Shown in pieces: positions 1 through 11,635 of a DNA stretch of 53,376 bases. The DNA is from Octopus bimaculoides (lineage: Eukaryota), in contig NC_068983.1 in assembly GCF_001194135.2 (NCBI RefSeq), forward strand, positions 53,615,253 through 53,668,628, in the 5' to 3' direction. Positions within the stretch are counted from its first letter, which is position 1; every line of letters begins with the position of its first letter. Below the pieces are notes generated by a model, which worked only from the letters and a program-made list of their open reading frames with translations, did not search any database and was not told where the DNA came from. Made by a program: the position numbers and the translations under genes.

Positions 1-16
1 GGAGTCACTCCTGATA

Positions 17-79
<63 letters not shown>

Positions 80-304
80 GTGGGTGTATGGGTTTATATG
101 TATGTGTGTGTATATATGTGTGTATGTTTTTACATGTATATATGTATATGAGTTTGTATGTTTATATGTATATGAAAGCAGCGAAAGCTTCTGTTCCATC
201 AGAAATTACTTAGATTTTCATATGCCTAACAGACAAAAAAATAAACAGGGAAAAGGTATGATTTTATTCAGTATGTAATCCTCTACTACAGCAAAAATAT
301 CATT

Positions 305-430
305 TCAGTGTCTGTTTTTCTATGTTTGCACTGAGGCAGATATTCTATGATTGGATGCCCTTCCTGTCACCGACACTCACCTGTTTCCAAGCAAGAGAAT
401 GTTTCCTCCATGACTGGACATGTTTGCACA
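305..430 (-). mobile_element. Decayed SINE/RTE-tail-like repeat (family C)
   Basis: 'ttctatgattggatgcccttcctgtcaccgac' matches the ggatgcccttcc tail also seen at 8625-8735, 29540-29635 and 30850-31020. Confidence 0.45.
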
Positions 431-1195
431 GAAGTTCAGAAATTAATGTCACAACTTGTATGATAGTAACACTCATATAGTGTCAAGATAAGGAGACGTA
501 TGCACACATAAAATTACTCACAATCATGGAAATCAATGCCTATACATGTTCGAAAGAGCATATTTCTAGTATATCAACTAACTATTCATTTATATGTGGT
601 ACTTTTCATATATTTATGATTACTCAAAGAAAATATATATAAATTATATATAATGATAATATACAATAACTCCTCTCATTTATATATCGTTTTTTGATAT
701 AAAGATAAAGTAAGTAAGAAATAATGGTCCTTATTTATGTAGTTTATCCAGGGGAGAACTCCATAAATTAAAATAAACAAGAAACCATAGATCTACGATA
801 ATTTTAATCTATATTATTTCTTAGATAAAGAGATAATAAACTATAAATAAAGAATATATATCTAAATTTCACAAAGTTTTTCAGAAATAACGAAATTAGA
901 GTATTGCAATATGTATACAAGCTCTGAAGTATACAGTATTATAAAAATTATTAAGATTGTTGATCTTAGTTTGTATCGCAGTTAATACATATATTTACGA
1001 TTAGTCAAAAATATATAATTATATATAATAATTGTTGTAATCTACTTATTCATATTTACGTAAACGTTATTCAACCAGAGGAAAAAAATATATCTTTGTA
1101 GGTCAAAGTTTATATATTTATAAATGAAGTAGCTAAGTAAAACAAAAACAAAAAAACGAAATACATACTTGGAAATAAACGTTATTCATTTATCA

Positions 1196-1197
<2 letters not shown>

Positions 1198-1293
<96 letters not shown>
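1198..1293. repeat. Compound (ATT)n(AGT)n microsatellite
   Basis: Directly visible. Confidence 0.95.
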
Positions 1294-1294
<1 letters not shown>

Positions 1295-1571
1295 ATTGAT
1301 TAATAAATTAAATCAATTTATTTATAAATGTGTAATCATTTAGCACAACAAAGATAGCTTACTTATGATTAATAATTAATATTTAACCATGAATATGATG
1401 ATATATTTTAAATCAAAACAAATATTTTCACTGCAATTTAATGCGAAATATTATAAATAAATCCACTAAAATGTTACAAATTATATATTTAGGTATGTTT
1501 ATTGATACTTTCATTACTTTATTTATCTATTATGAAATAAACATGTGTACAAAATTAACATACAAATATAT

Positions 1572-1732
1572 ATAGTTGGAATTTACAAAAACAAAAGACG
1601 AAGACAGGGGTATTAGTTTAATGCCTGGGAAGGTGAGAAAGTCTTTTATGTTTCGAGCCTATGCTCTTCAGCAGAAACGAACACGAGAAAATAAACAGAG
1701 AGGGAATAAAAAAGGCTTTAGTGGCTATATAT
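1572..1732 (-). mobile_element. PLE-type terminal repeat, family A, with degenerate hammerhead
   Basis: Minus strand reads ttt-CTGCTGA-A-GAGC atag GCTC-GAAAC-ATA-aaagac; homologous to 16830-16995, 19351-19400 and 43680-43860. Confidence 0.65.
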
Positions 1733-2287
1733 NNNNNNNNNNNNNNNNNNNNNNNNNNNNNNNNNNNNNNNNNNNNNNNNNNNNNNNNNNNNNNNNNNNN
1801 NNNNNNNNNNNNNNNNNNNNNNNNNNNNNNNNNNNNNNNNNNNNNNNNNNNNNNNNNNNNNNNNNNNNNNNNNNNNNNNNNNNNNNNNNNNNNNNNNNNN
1901 NNNNNNNNNNNNNNNNNNNNNNNNNNNNNNNNNNNNNNNNNNNNNNNNNNNNNNNNNNNNNNNNNNNNNNNNNNNNNNNNNNNNNNNNNNNNNNNNNNNN
2001 NNNNNNNNNNNNNNNNNNNNNNNNNNNNNNNNNNNNNNNNNNNNNNNNNNNNNNNNNNNNNNNNNNNNNNNNNNNNNNNNNNNNNNNNNNNNNNNNNNNN
2101 NNNNNNNNNNNNNNNNNNNNNNNNNNNNNNNNNNNNNNNNNNNNNNNNNNNNNNNNNNNNNNNNNNNNNNNNNNNNNNNNNNNNNNNNNNNNNNNNNNNN
2201 NNNNNNNNNNNNNNNNNNNNNNNNNNNNNNNNNNNNNNNNNNNNNNNNNNNNNNNNNNNNNNNNNNNNNNNNNNNNNNNNNNNNNNN
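1733..2287. other. Assembly gap flanked by (AT)n
   Basis: N run. Other gaps: 11284-11329, 18132-18624, 19230-19350, 20604-20613, 21015-21024, 22089-22278, 36451-36719, 37662-38050, 47033-47666. Confidence 1.
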
Positions 2288-2296
<9 letters not shown>

Positions 2297-2318
<22 letters not shown>

Positions 2319-2485
2319 CGACGGGCTACTTTCAGTTTCCACCTACGAAACCCACTCACAAGGCTTTGGTCAACCCTAGGCTATAGTAGAAGACACTTTC
2401 CCAAGGTGCCATGCAGTGAGAATGAACCCAGAACCATGTGGGTGGGAAGCAAGTTTCTTACCGCACAGCCACTCCTGCACCTATA
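2297..2485 (-). mobile_element. tRNA-derived SINE family A, 5' half
   Basis: Reverse complement of ggcgcaggagtggctgtgtggtaag...caccttgggcaagtg seen intact at 46698 and 52931. Confidence 0.85.
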
Positions 2486-2489
2486 TACA

Positions 2490-3400
2490 ATGTTATTTTG
2501 TAAACAAAATTATTAAAATAACATTTATCCTTATATCTACAATCACAAATTTTAGCTAGATCATTCTCGGTAATAGGATTATTATTTCTATTATTGTAAA
2601 ACCTGTCTAATCTTTTATTATTAAACAAAGAGATAATTCTAAACAAATTTTACGATACTGAAAAACCTATTCAGATCCTTTTGGTATTGATTATTTTATC
2701 ATATTTATATTCTTTATTAAAATGCTTAGATATAGATCTGTAAAAATCTTTAATGAAATTAGTTTTCATTTGCCTTACATAAGGAATAATAAACTAAATA
2801 TAATTATCATTATTAGAATTAACAGTATTAAGTGCATCTGGATTGGTATATGGGTATACTTTTTATCCTTAAATTTAAGCCTATTATTGTACCTATTTTT
2901 ATACTGAATATTATAATTACTACACTTATTCCTGTTAGTATTGTTACTGATGTTAATCATATTATTCTTATTAGGAATAATATCATAATTTTCATAATTT
3001 ATGTTAAGCGTATCTACATTATTGTTATTGGTTTCAGGACCTGCATTGACACTATATTTCAATCCTCGTGGAAATAGGTTATCCTTATATTCAGTAATTT
3101 ATCATTTACCTCATCTTTCTCATTATTATTGTTATTTTTAATTTTAATTCTATTTATATGATATTTACTGCTTGTGATCAAATTGCACACATCTCCACTA
3201 TTCAATCCACACATTCCGTTGTCAACCAATTTTCCATTTTTACAATGAAATTTATTATAGTCCTCATTTTATTTGCAATATACTATTCTATGCATGTACC
3301 CCACTTTTTTAAGGGCAACATTATAATATTCAATATTATTGTTGAATATTTCCTCATTGGGAGATAAATATGAAACACATCTCGAAATATTATAAACTAA
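2490..3400 (-). pseudogene. Decayed PLE RT C-terminal region to start of GIY-YIG region
   Basis: Minus-strand fragments SNEEIFNNNIEYYNVALKKVGY, FIIPYVRQMKTNFIKDFYRSISKHF and KICDCRYKDKCYFNNFVYK, with stops, resemble the PLE thumb and Cys-rich linker. Confidence 0.6.
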
Positions 3401-4597
3401 AGTTCTAGTGATGGCTTTAGGATGATTACTTTATATATTAAGAGAAAGATAGTTATGGCCAGTTTATAAGATTACCCAGGGTTCCATGTGCATAAAGTGC
3501 TTAGTTTTGTGGACATGAAACTCTTGGTAGCCCTATGAATCAGCCATAGCTAACTTTATCTCAATACTCAATACTCATACAAATGTACAGTCACATTTAA
3601 CATATTTGTGTGCACTAGGATGTGGGAAGACCTTTCACTGCAGAAATAGTCTCAGGAGTAAATTCTCCTCATCGACAGTTTGTATGAAAACACAGCACTG
3701 GGATATGAATGAAAACATGGAACCACTGAACACATGCATTTCTGTGTTATTATACTTCATAAGGTACAAACACTAAATCAGTTTTCATAACCCTTTAAGG
3801 TGGGTCTTGTAAATAAAACCTGCAAATGGTATTTATGCTGGTGTATGCAAAGCTTTTGTCAAATCGGAATTAATTAATTAGTGTAGAGAGCAGCATTGAA
3901 TGAATATTAGTTTCTGTCTACCAAATCCACTCACAAGGCTTTGGTCAGCCCAAAACAGATAGAGTGAAGAATGGAAAAAAGACATGGGTGTCATAGAAGA
4001 CCCACCACCTTCATATATAACAATAAAAGATTCTTTTCTTCAGGCTGGTTCATACAGAAAAGGGAATGTATAGCCATTTTCCTTCACTGTAAATGAACGC
4101 AGTTTGCATTTGAATGTGTTTAATTAGTTCCATCATTAAGTACAAGAACACAAACCATTAATGAGAAGCTTATTAGTAAATAGCATTGATGTTACAGAGT
4201 TTTGAGAATGGTGTTTATAAATAATGAAAAATATCAGGAATAAAATAAATAAAGCAATAGAAATTGATTAAACGCTATAATACAGTAATATATGAAACAT
4301 ATAGTAATGATACAATTAATGTAATAATTTAGTTAATAACAGAGTGTGCAAATATTGGAATTGAAATAATTGGTTTTCATGAGAGTGGATAAAAAGGCAA
4401 AGCTGACCACTGCAGAGACAGATATTACTGTAAGATTTTATTTCCATGCATTCAATCATTTTAGCTATTTTACCAAGTTTAAAGTAAATGTAATAATAAA
4501 GAACAATTAGCAAAAATTAAATGATGGTGCAATACATTAATTAGTTGATTAGCATTCGAAGCACTAAATAAGGACAAACAGAAGTATTAGGATAATA

Positions 4598-5062
4598 ATA
4601 ATATTCTTTTCTACTCTAGGCACAAGGCTCGAAATTTGGGGGGAGTTGGGGGGGGGGGCAGTTGATTAGATCAACCCCAGTACACAACTGCTACTTTATT
4701 AATCAACCCCTGAAAGGATGAAAGGCAAAGTCAACCTCGACGGAAATTGAACTCAGAACATAGCGACAGGTGAAATACCGCTAAGCATTTTGCCCAGCGT
4801 GCAAATATTTCTGCCAGCTTGTTGCCTTACACCAGCAAAAATATTCTTATCTACTCTAGGTACAAGACCCGAAATTTTGGGGCAGGGGGCCAGCTTATTA
4901 GTTTGACCCCAGTACGCAACTGGTACTTAATTTATCAAACCTGAAAGGATGAAAGGCAAAGTCGACCTCGGTGGAATTTGAACTCAGAATGTAAAGAAAG
5001 ACAAAATACCACTAAGCATTTCGCCCGGCATTCTAACATTTCTGCCAGCTCACTGCCTTAGG
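4598..5062 (-). mobile_element. Two tandem SINE family B copies
   Basis: Each contains gaaaggatgaaaggcaaagtc(a/g)acctcg...gaactcagaa...gcattt(t/c)gccc...ttctgccagct. Confidence 0.85.
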
Positions 5063-5108
5063 ATAATAATAATATTAATACATAATGAATGGCTAAATCT
5101 ATTTAAAT

Positions 5109-5296
5109 ATATGAAATGAAATAAATGACAAGGGAACAGAAATTACATAATCAACTTCATTAGCTTACAGCTGTTTCTTCTATAAGATGCAGCAACCTCA
5201 GCTCTGAATGCAATACATCTTATAGCAGAAACAGTCGTCAGCTAATGAAAGTGATAACATGATTCCTGCTCCATTCTAATTTATTTCATTTCATAT
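5109..5296. repeat. Fold-back inverted repeat with decayed HHR
   Basis: Perfect 18-bp outer arms 5109-5126/5279-5296; inner arms ttcattagct...tataagatg / catcttatag...agctaatgaa. Confidence 0.75.
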
Positions 5297-5444
5297 TGTA
5301 CTCTTTACTCAACTAACACTGTATTGTGAAGCCTTTGTATATTAAGTTTTAACACCAGGTTGTTAGCGTCATTATGCCTAAGCAAAATATAAAAAGACAT
5401 ATAAGCATACATACATATATACACTCATACATATGTGTACCTCA

Positions 5445-5670
5445 GCTCTTAGATTTGCCAGTGCTGTCAGTACAACTAGCAATGAGCCTCCTCCAGGCAT
5501 CCCTATTGCACATGTTCCTTGTGGCCCCAATCGGGCCAACTCCCAACACTATCATGTCATCCCAGAATGTACATCTTCCTTGGTCTTTCCATGGCCTCTT
5601 TCATACTTCCAACATCTACTCCATCGCATTGGTATCATGTCTCTCCTGTGGTAATCAAATCACATGACAA
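5445..5670 (-). mobile_element. RTE-clade LINE 3' coding relic
   Basis: Minus translation GHVI...KRPWKDQGRCTFWDDMIVLGVG...NRDAWRRLI resembles the RTE C-terminal GHV..GRP..W.D..DR..WR motif. Confidence 0.6.
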
Positions 5671-5861
5671 GTAAACATTATCCACAACTTAGTATGTTCT
5701 GAAAACTTCCTATATCTGCTTAAAGTTACATGTACTAAATAACAATTTGACTCAGCCCAACATTTCATCAGGGGCTCAGAGTCTCTAAGCATCCAATGAT
5801 ATAGGTGTGTCTCTTACCTATGAAAGTATAATATGGAGCCAAGTCAATCTGTTGTTTTATA

Positions 5862-5896
<35 letters not shown>

Positions 5897-5944
5897 CGTG
5901 TGTGTGTGTGTGTGTGTGTGTGTAAGCATGTATGTTTGTGTGTG

Positions 5945-6475
5945 TGTCATTGTTCAGTTTTATTTTAAGATTTCTTTGTAATAGAGAAAGAGCCAGTTTC
6001 TAACCTAAATCCAAGACTCTTTGGAATTTCAGCATCAACAACAGGGTATTTTTGTTCGTATATATCTATGTATGTATATGTTTTTATTTTTACGTTTTTA
6101 ATTTATGTTTTTAATTTATGTATGTATATGTGTAGATTTCTATGTTTTATTTTATGAATGTATTCTCATGTATATAGTTGCATATCTAGAGATGATCAGA
6201 TATATTTAAATGATAATCTTCTGGAGAACTTTACAGATTTTTACAGTTCCAATGATGGATTGGATCTGTAGTCTTCGAATTAGCTTTCTCCTTTCTGATT
6301 TTGAGAAGCCTAGTTTCTCATGATTGGTATTTAGGCAGTGTGATACATATCCCAGGGCCACAATAATTACAGGTATAAACCTGAATTTGTAATATGGATA
6401 GAGTAACTGCAGATTTCTCAATAGTTCAGCATAGGTGTTCTCTTTTTCACTGATCTTCAGCTTTATGTTAACATC
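5945..6475 (-). mobile_element. 5'-truncated REL-endonuclease non-LTR retrotransposon (R4/Dong/NeSL-like), C-terminus plus 3' UTR
   Basis: [44 protein letters not shown]...IQSIIGTVKICKVLQ* matches the REL C-terminal K..KY..L...IP.V.GALG..GT..I pattern. Confidence 0.75.
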
Positions 6476-6610
6476 ATGTATGTATGTATGTATGTATGTA
6501 TGTATGTATGTATGTATGTACGTAGTACGTACGTATGTATGTATGTATGTATGTATGTATGTATGTATGTATGGATGGATGGATGGACGGATGGATGGAT
6601 GGACGGATGG

Positions 6611-6646
<36 letters not shown>

Positions 6647-6657
6647 ATGTATGTATG
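6476..6657. repeat. (TATG)n/(GATG)n microsatellite
   Basis: Directly visible. Confidence 0.95.
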
Positions 6658-6659
6658 TG

Positions 6660-7170
6660 TAGACAAATGCTGGAATCAGGTAATGCACAAAAGTTTAGAG
6701 CACGCTGGAAACCTTTAGAGATTGAAATGATTTTCATCTCAACCAGATCTCGCTTGAATCCTATTGTTTATACCCACATTCCATCTGAAGAGGAGTGTGA
6801 GAGCATCAAGAGAGCTAACGAACAGAACAAGAGCAGGAACGCACTCTTGTTTAATACAGGCACCGACATCAAGGGGTATCTTAAGGAGAGAGGGCTACCT
6901 GAATTTCCTGAGTATGTTCCACAGGATAGGGTGACTGACAGTGTCAAAAAGACTTAAACTAGTAGACAAAGGCAAAAATGAGCTCGTTTTTGGGTCCCCC
7001 TGCCGTGTTTCTTCAAGAGTTTCCGAACTGCAAAGATTATGTCAGTTATGCTAGACTGAAGTTGGAAGCTAGTCTGAGACTCAAGAAGAACACTTGAAGC
7101 TGTTCTAGACAGGCGGTGCAATAACAGGATGTGAGTGAAGATTTTTTTTTCCTGCAACATCTAAAAGAGA
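6660..7170 (+). pseudogene. Decayed protein-coding segment of unknown origin
   Basis: About 98 open codons ([23 protein letters not shown]...[14 protein letters not shown]), then frameshifted protein-like frames; visibly higher GC than flanks. Confidence 0.4.
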
Positions 7171-7292
7171 TATGTCACGGTTGTTATTGCAGTCACAGCA
7201 AATACCATTCTTTCCTGTAATATACAGTTGTGTGCGTGTGGACATACACGCATATATAGACAGAGAGAGGGTAAGAGATGTAAGCAGATATA

Positions 7293-7362
<70 letters not shown>

Positions 7363-7368
7363 TGTATA

Positions 7369-7426
<58 letters not shown>

Positions 7427-7619
7427 CATATATGCAATGTCCAGTCAATACCAATTGTTTAGAGAAAATCAATCATCTATGCAGCCACTGTCACATCTAA
7501 TATTAATCAGAATCGCATCGATTACATCGGATTAGCAGCAAATCAATTTAGATTATATCAGTGTAATTATAACTTTCCAGCATTACAAAGACGATTCTAT
7601 ACTAACCTAGCAACATAGA

Positions 7620-8480
7620 GCTGGTTTTTGAAAAATAATAATTTAATCTACAGTATTATATGGAGTCTTTTAGACGAAGCAATTGCCTTATACGCAATCT
7701 AACTCGTTCTTGAAAGAGTTTTCATTTAAAACACAATACTATAAATTGTGTTGGTGTTCTGTGATAATTCCTTTACGTCCATCTATATGAATATAACATC
7801 TGAGATACTGCAATGATAGATATCCCAGCAACTGTATCGTAAAATCCAGATAAAATGTGCCATACTTTTCTTTTTAAAAGCAGTTTAACATCTTAAACAT
7901 AACAAAAGGGAAGGAGCAGTGTAATCCTTTCTTGAAAACAATACTTTGGAATATTCCAGAATAACTACATTAAAAATACTCACAAAATATGGACGTACTT
8001 ATAGATGTGTGCCATCTCCACATAAATTTGTTTCTTCATAACATTCTGCAAAATGTATATTTTTTTATTGAATTTTCTACAGACATTTTTCGGATGGTGT
8101 AGATTACAAATATATTGAAATTTGTAAAAATGTTGTCGGAGGTGGGGACCATGAGTGGAGTTTCGGATAATTCACATGCATGTGCTTAGTTTCCTCATAC
8201 GTCTTGATGATCTATATTACAACTGTGCTGCAAAAATTTACTATTTTACTTTTTCATTTCTCAAATTTGTTAAATGAATATTTAAGAACAAAAATGAAAT
8301 TTTCCAGGTCTATAGTATACCAAACAGCCATGCCAACAAATTAACCTTGGATAGCTTTCTTTTTAATGATACCAGCATCTCTGGAAAAATTCGTTTTATT
8401 AAAAAATATTAATTTAACAAATTCCAGATGAGAATGGATGGAACAGTTTTCAAGAGCGATTTTTTTCAACATAATTGTAA
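7620..8480 (-). mobile_element. Decayed CR1/L2-group LINE relic
   Basis: Minus fragments IIKKKAIQG...DLENFIFVLKYS...NFCSTVV...IIKTYEETK loosely follow the CR1 post-RT region. Confidence 0.45.
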
Positions 8481-8624
8481 TCTCTTTTTTTCTTTACTTC
8501 AGTAATTTTTTTATAGTTTGTAAAATATCTTATTAAATACAAATCCAAAATGGAAGAAAACACAATTATGAGCTGAAAAAGAGAGAAGAAAGAAGAAAAA
8601 CATTAATTCAACACTAATTGCATC

Positions 8625-8735
8625 AATGTCCACTTTTCCATGCTTGCATGTGTCAGACAGATAGTATCAAGGCAGATTTTCTATGGACGTTGCCCTTCCT
8701 TTTTGCCAACAATCCCCTGTTTCCACATGTATGTA
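8625..8735 (-). mobile_element. Family C SINE/RTE-like tail
   Basis: gtccacttttccatgcttgcatg...gcagattttctatggac..gcccttcc. Confidence 0.6.
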
Positions 8736-8750
8736 TGTATACATGTGAGT

Positions 8751-8798
<48 letters not shown>

Positions 8799-9012
8799 AC
8801 GCGCACACACATACACCACAAGTAAGTTCATAGGTACAAAAGAAGGTGGAAAAAATAGTACTAAAATACCAAAGCTAGAGCAAAATACTATTTTGTTAAA
8901 GCCGAAAGAAAGTTCACAAACTCAGAGTTTCATGTCAGGTAGTTGTGTCTTATGAATGTTCTCATGAAACTCTGAGTAACAGTTTTTAAAGTATTTTTCT
9001 AGGTTAATAAAA

Positions 9013-9410
9013 TAGTGGCTGTGTGGTAAGAAGCTTGCCTTCCCAACCACATGGTTTCAGGTTCAGTCCCATTGTGTGGTACCTTGGGCAAGTGTCTTCT
9101 ACTGTAACCTCAGGCTGACCAAAGCCTTGTAAGTAGATTTGGTAGATGGAAACTGAAAGAAGCCCATCAAATATATATGTATATATTTATATGTGTGACT
9201 GTATTTGTACTCCCGCCATCACTTGACAACTGATGCAGATGTGCCTATGTCCACATAACTTAACAGTTTGGCAAAAGAGCCTGATATGATAAGTACTTGG
9301 CTTACAAAGAATAAGTCTTGGGGCTGATTTGTTTGACTAACACCTTTTAAGACTGTGCTCCAGCATGGCTGCAGTCAAATGACTGAAACAAGTAAGAAAA
9401 TAAAAGAATA
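9013..9410 (+). mobile_element. SINE family A, near full length, diverged
   Basis: Aligns by eye to 52931-53315 from head to the aagtaa(g)aaa tail. Confidence 0.9.
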
Positions 9411-9539
9411 TATCCATACACACGCACACACATATACATCTATATCTATATGAGAGTGTGTGAATGTGTCCTTTTTTATGTATGTGTGTATTGACTCCAT
9501 TCGGCTGCTAACACATGTGTTATTTTAGCCAAGCAGAAA

Positions 9540-9990
9540 ATAATAGCCTATGAACCTAGTTTGGTTATTTAAACCACACATAGTGGACTTCTTGACTCAG
9601 ATATCTCAACACCAGACATTCCTAACCATTGACCTTCCCAGCTTTTTTCATAAACGCATCAAAAAGCAAAATCATAGAACTGAATCAACTCTCTTTTTCA
9701 GCTGTCTCAAATTAAGATAAACGTTAAGCTGAATGAACAACCTGTCGTCTGCTTCTCCCAGTTTGAGGAAACACGTAATCTACGTCTATCTCCATCTTTA
9801 CTGCTGCCAATCATCTGACAATAAACATCTTAACTTCACGAACTCGAACATATATAATGCATTTTCTCTACGACTTTCTAAAACACAAATTATTTAATCG
9901 ACTTATGTACATATTTTTATGTAAACTTTGCCTTTATTTACGTTGCAAATTAAGATTTGGTAAATTCTATGCCAAATCCTGCCTCATCTC
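9540..9990 (+). mobile_element. Highly decayed LINE 3' relic
   Basis: Weak resemblance to LINE RT C-terminal motifs; many stops. Confidence 0.3.
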
Positions 9991-10134
9991 AAATTGATTT
10001 TCACAACCCACATAAAATGGGATTTTTTTCATATTATTTTATCAAAAAGACTTGTATAGATTTTTTTTTTCATTGCTGTGTAGGAAATAAAGGAACATTA
10101 AGTAAAATCCATTAATGTAATTATTCCTCTAAAC

Positions 10135-10369
10135 TAGTGGTTCTCAACCATTTTCTATCTAGGGACCACTTTGATTCCTATTTTACTCTTTTGGGCCTCC
10201 ATAACTATTCGATATCTTACAAAGTTGCATTATATTTTTATAGCAAAATATTATCAGGAATTGTATAAAAGATTGTCAAAATATCTTGTGCACTGTACAA
10301 GTGTAAATAGTTCATTACACATTAATATTAACCCCTAAGGGTCATGTGGAGCCTGGTTGAGAATCACTG
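10135..10369. mobile_element. hAT/Charlie-type MITE
   Basis: TIRs tagtggttctcaacc / ggttgagaatcactg; TSD not conserved. Confidence 0.65.
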
Positions 10370-10386
10370 TTTTATAAACAGGACTT

Positions 10387-10418
<32 letters not shown>

Positions 10419-10481
10419 TACATACAAACATACATACATATACAGAGAGTCAAACAGACATACAGATAAATAGATAGATAA

Positions 10482-10549
<68 letters not shown>

Positions 10550-10813
10550 AATTTATTAATGAGGGTAGAAATTGATATAAATCAATTAAGACCAGTGGTC
10601 TAGCATATTAAAAAAAATCCGAAGATTAAAATTATATTACATACAAAAATAAGAGGAATGACCAGCAAAAGTGGACTCCTATATGCTAGAAATAGATGCC
10701 GAATCATCTAACCCCGAAAAAAAATATATGTTCTCAGTAAAAATTCAGCGACACAACAGACCGTAAAAGGGCAAGACAAATGAAAAAATACTAAATAAAA
10801 AAAAACGATTAAC

Positions 10814-10878
10814 CTACGTACCATGGTTTCACCTGTTAAAATTTACATAAGTAAATATTTGCAGGATCGTCAGCGTAG
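10814..10878 (-). ncRNA. Type I hammerhead ribozyme candidate, canonical core
   Basis: ctacg-CUGACGA-uccug...caggu-GAA-ACCAUGGU-A^cguag: 5-bp stem I, palindromic stem III, GUA site; U.U at 10.1-11.1. Confidence 0.75.
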
Positions 10879-11348
10879 TCTGTCGATTCGCAATGCAATT
10901 TCCAGAACTAGACACAAAACGTCCACCAGAAAGGGAGCACGTGTAGAGTTCTACAAATTACATTCAGTGTATCATTTCAAATGTCTTCAATCTGGCGCGC
11001 TAAGTCCGGAAATAATTCTGCAGTTAATGAATTTTTGCAGCTAATTTACCGGTTAGAGAACATTATTATATAAAATGTATTAATGAGGGTAGAAATTGAT
11101 ATTAATCAATTAAAACCAGTGGTCTAGCATATTAAAAAAATCCGAAGATTAAAATTATATTACATACAAAAATAAGAGGAATGACCAGCAAAAGTGGACT
11201 CCTATATGCTAGAAATAGATGCCGAATCATCTAACCACGAAAAAAAGTATATGTTCTCAGTAAAAATTCAGCGACACAACAGANNNNNNNNNNNNNNNNN
11301 NNNNNNNNNNNNNNNNNNNNNNNNNNNNNAAAAAAAAAAACGATTAAC

Positions 11349-11413
11349 CTACGTACCATGGTTTCACCTGTTAAAATTTACATAAGTAAATATCTGCAGG
11401 ATCGTTAGCGTAG
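11349..11413 (-). ncRNA. Second HHR copy with G5A core mutation (predicted inactive)
   Basis: Same fold, but core reads CUAACGA at 11408-11402. Confidence 0.65.
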
Positions 11414-11591
11414 TCCGTCGATTATTTAGTATTTTTTTCATTTGTCTTGCCCTTTTACGGTCTGTTGTGTCACTGAATTCTTACTGAGAATATTTTTTTT
11501 TTTCGTGGTTAGATGATTCGGCATCTATTTCTAGCATATAGGAGTCCACTTTTGCTGGTCATTCCTCTTATTTTTGTATATAGATAGATAA

Positions 11592-11635
<44 letters not shown>

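Larger units (their letters stand above)
10548..11580 (-). mobile_element. PLE-type terminal repeat array: 524-bp unit, second partial direct copy, then inverted partial copy
   Basis: 10548-10888 repeats at 11072-11423; 11424-11580 is the reverse complement of about 10638-10797; (GATA)n on both flanks. Confidence 0.8.

Noticed and set aside
600-1560. Extremely AT-rich stretch, considered as a possible NUMT or further PLE relic
   Set aside because: No recognisable mitochondrial gene, tRNA or convincing RT motif
3560-3780. YLCALGCGKTFHCRNSLRSK zinc-finger-like peptide
   Set aside because: Lacks the His ligands and start or splice context; probably chance or a LINE relic
5235-5241. Exact CTGACGA on the minus strand
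   Set aside because: Stem I register is off by 2 nt; it appears to arise from mutation of the cttacag arm sequence
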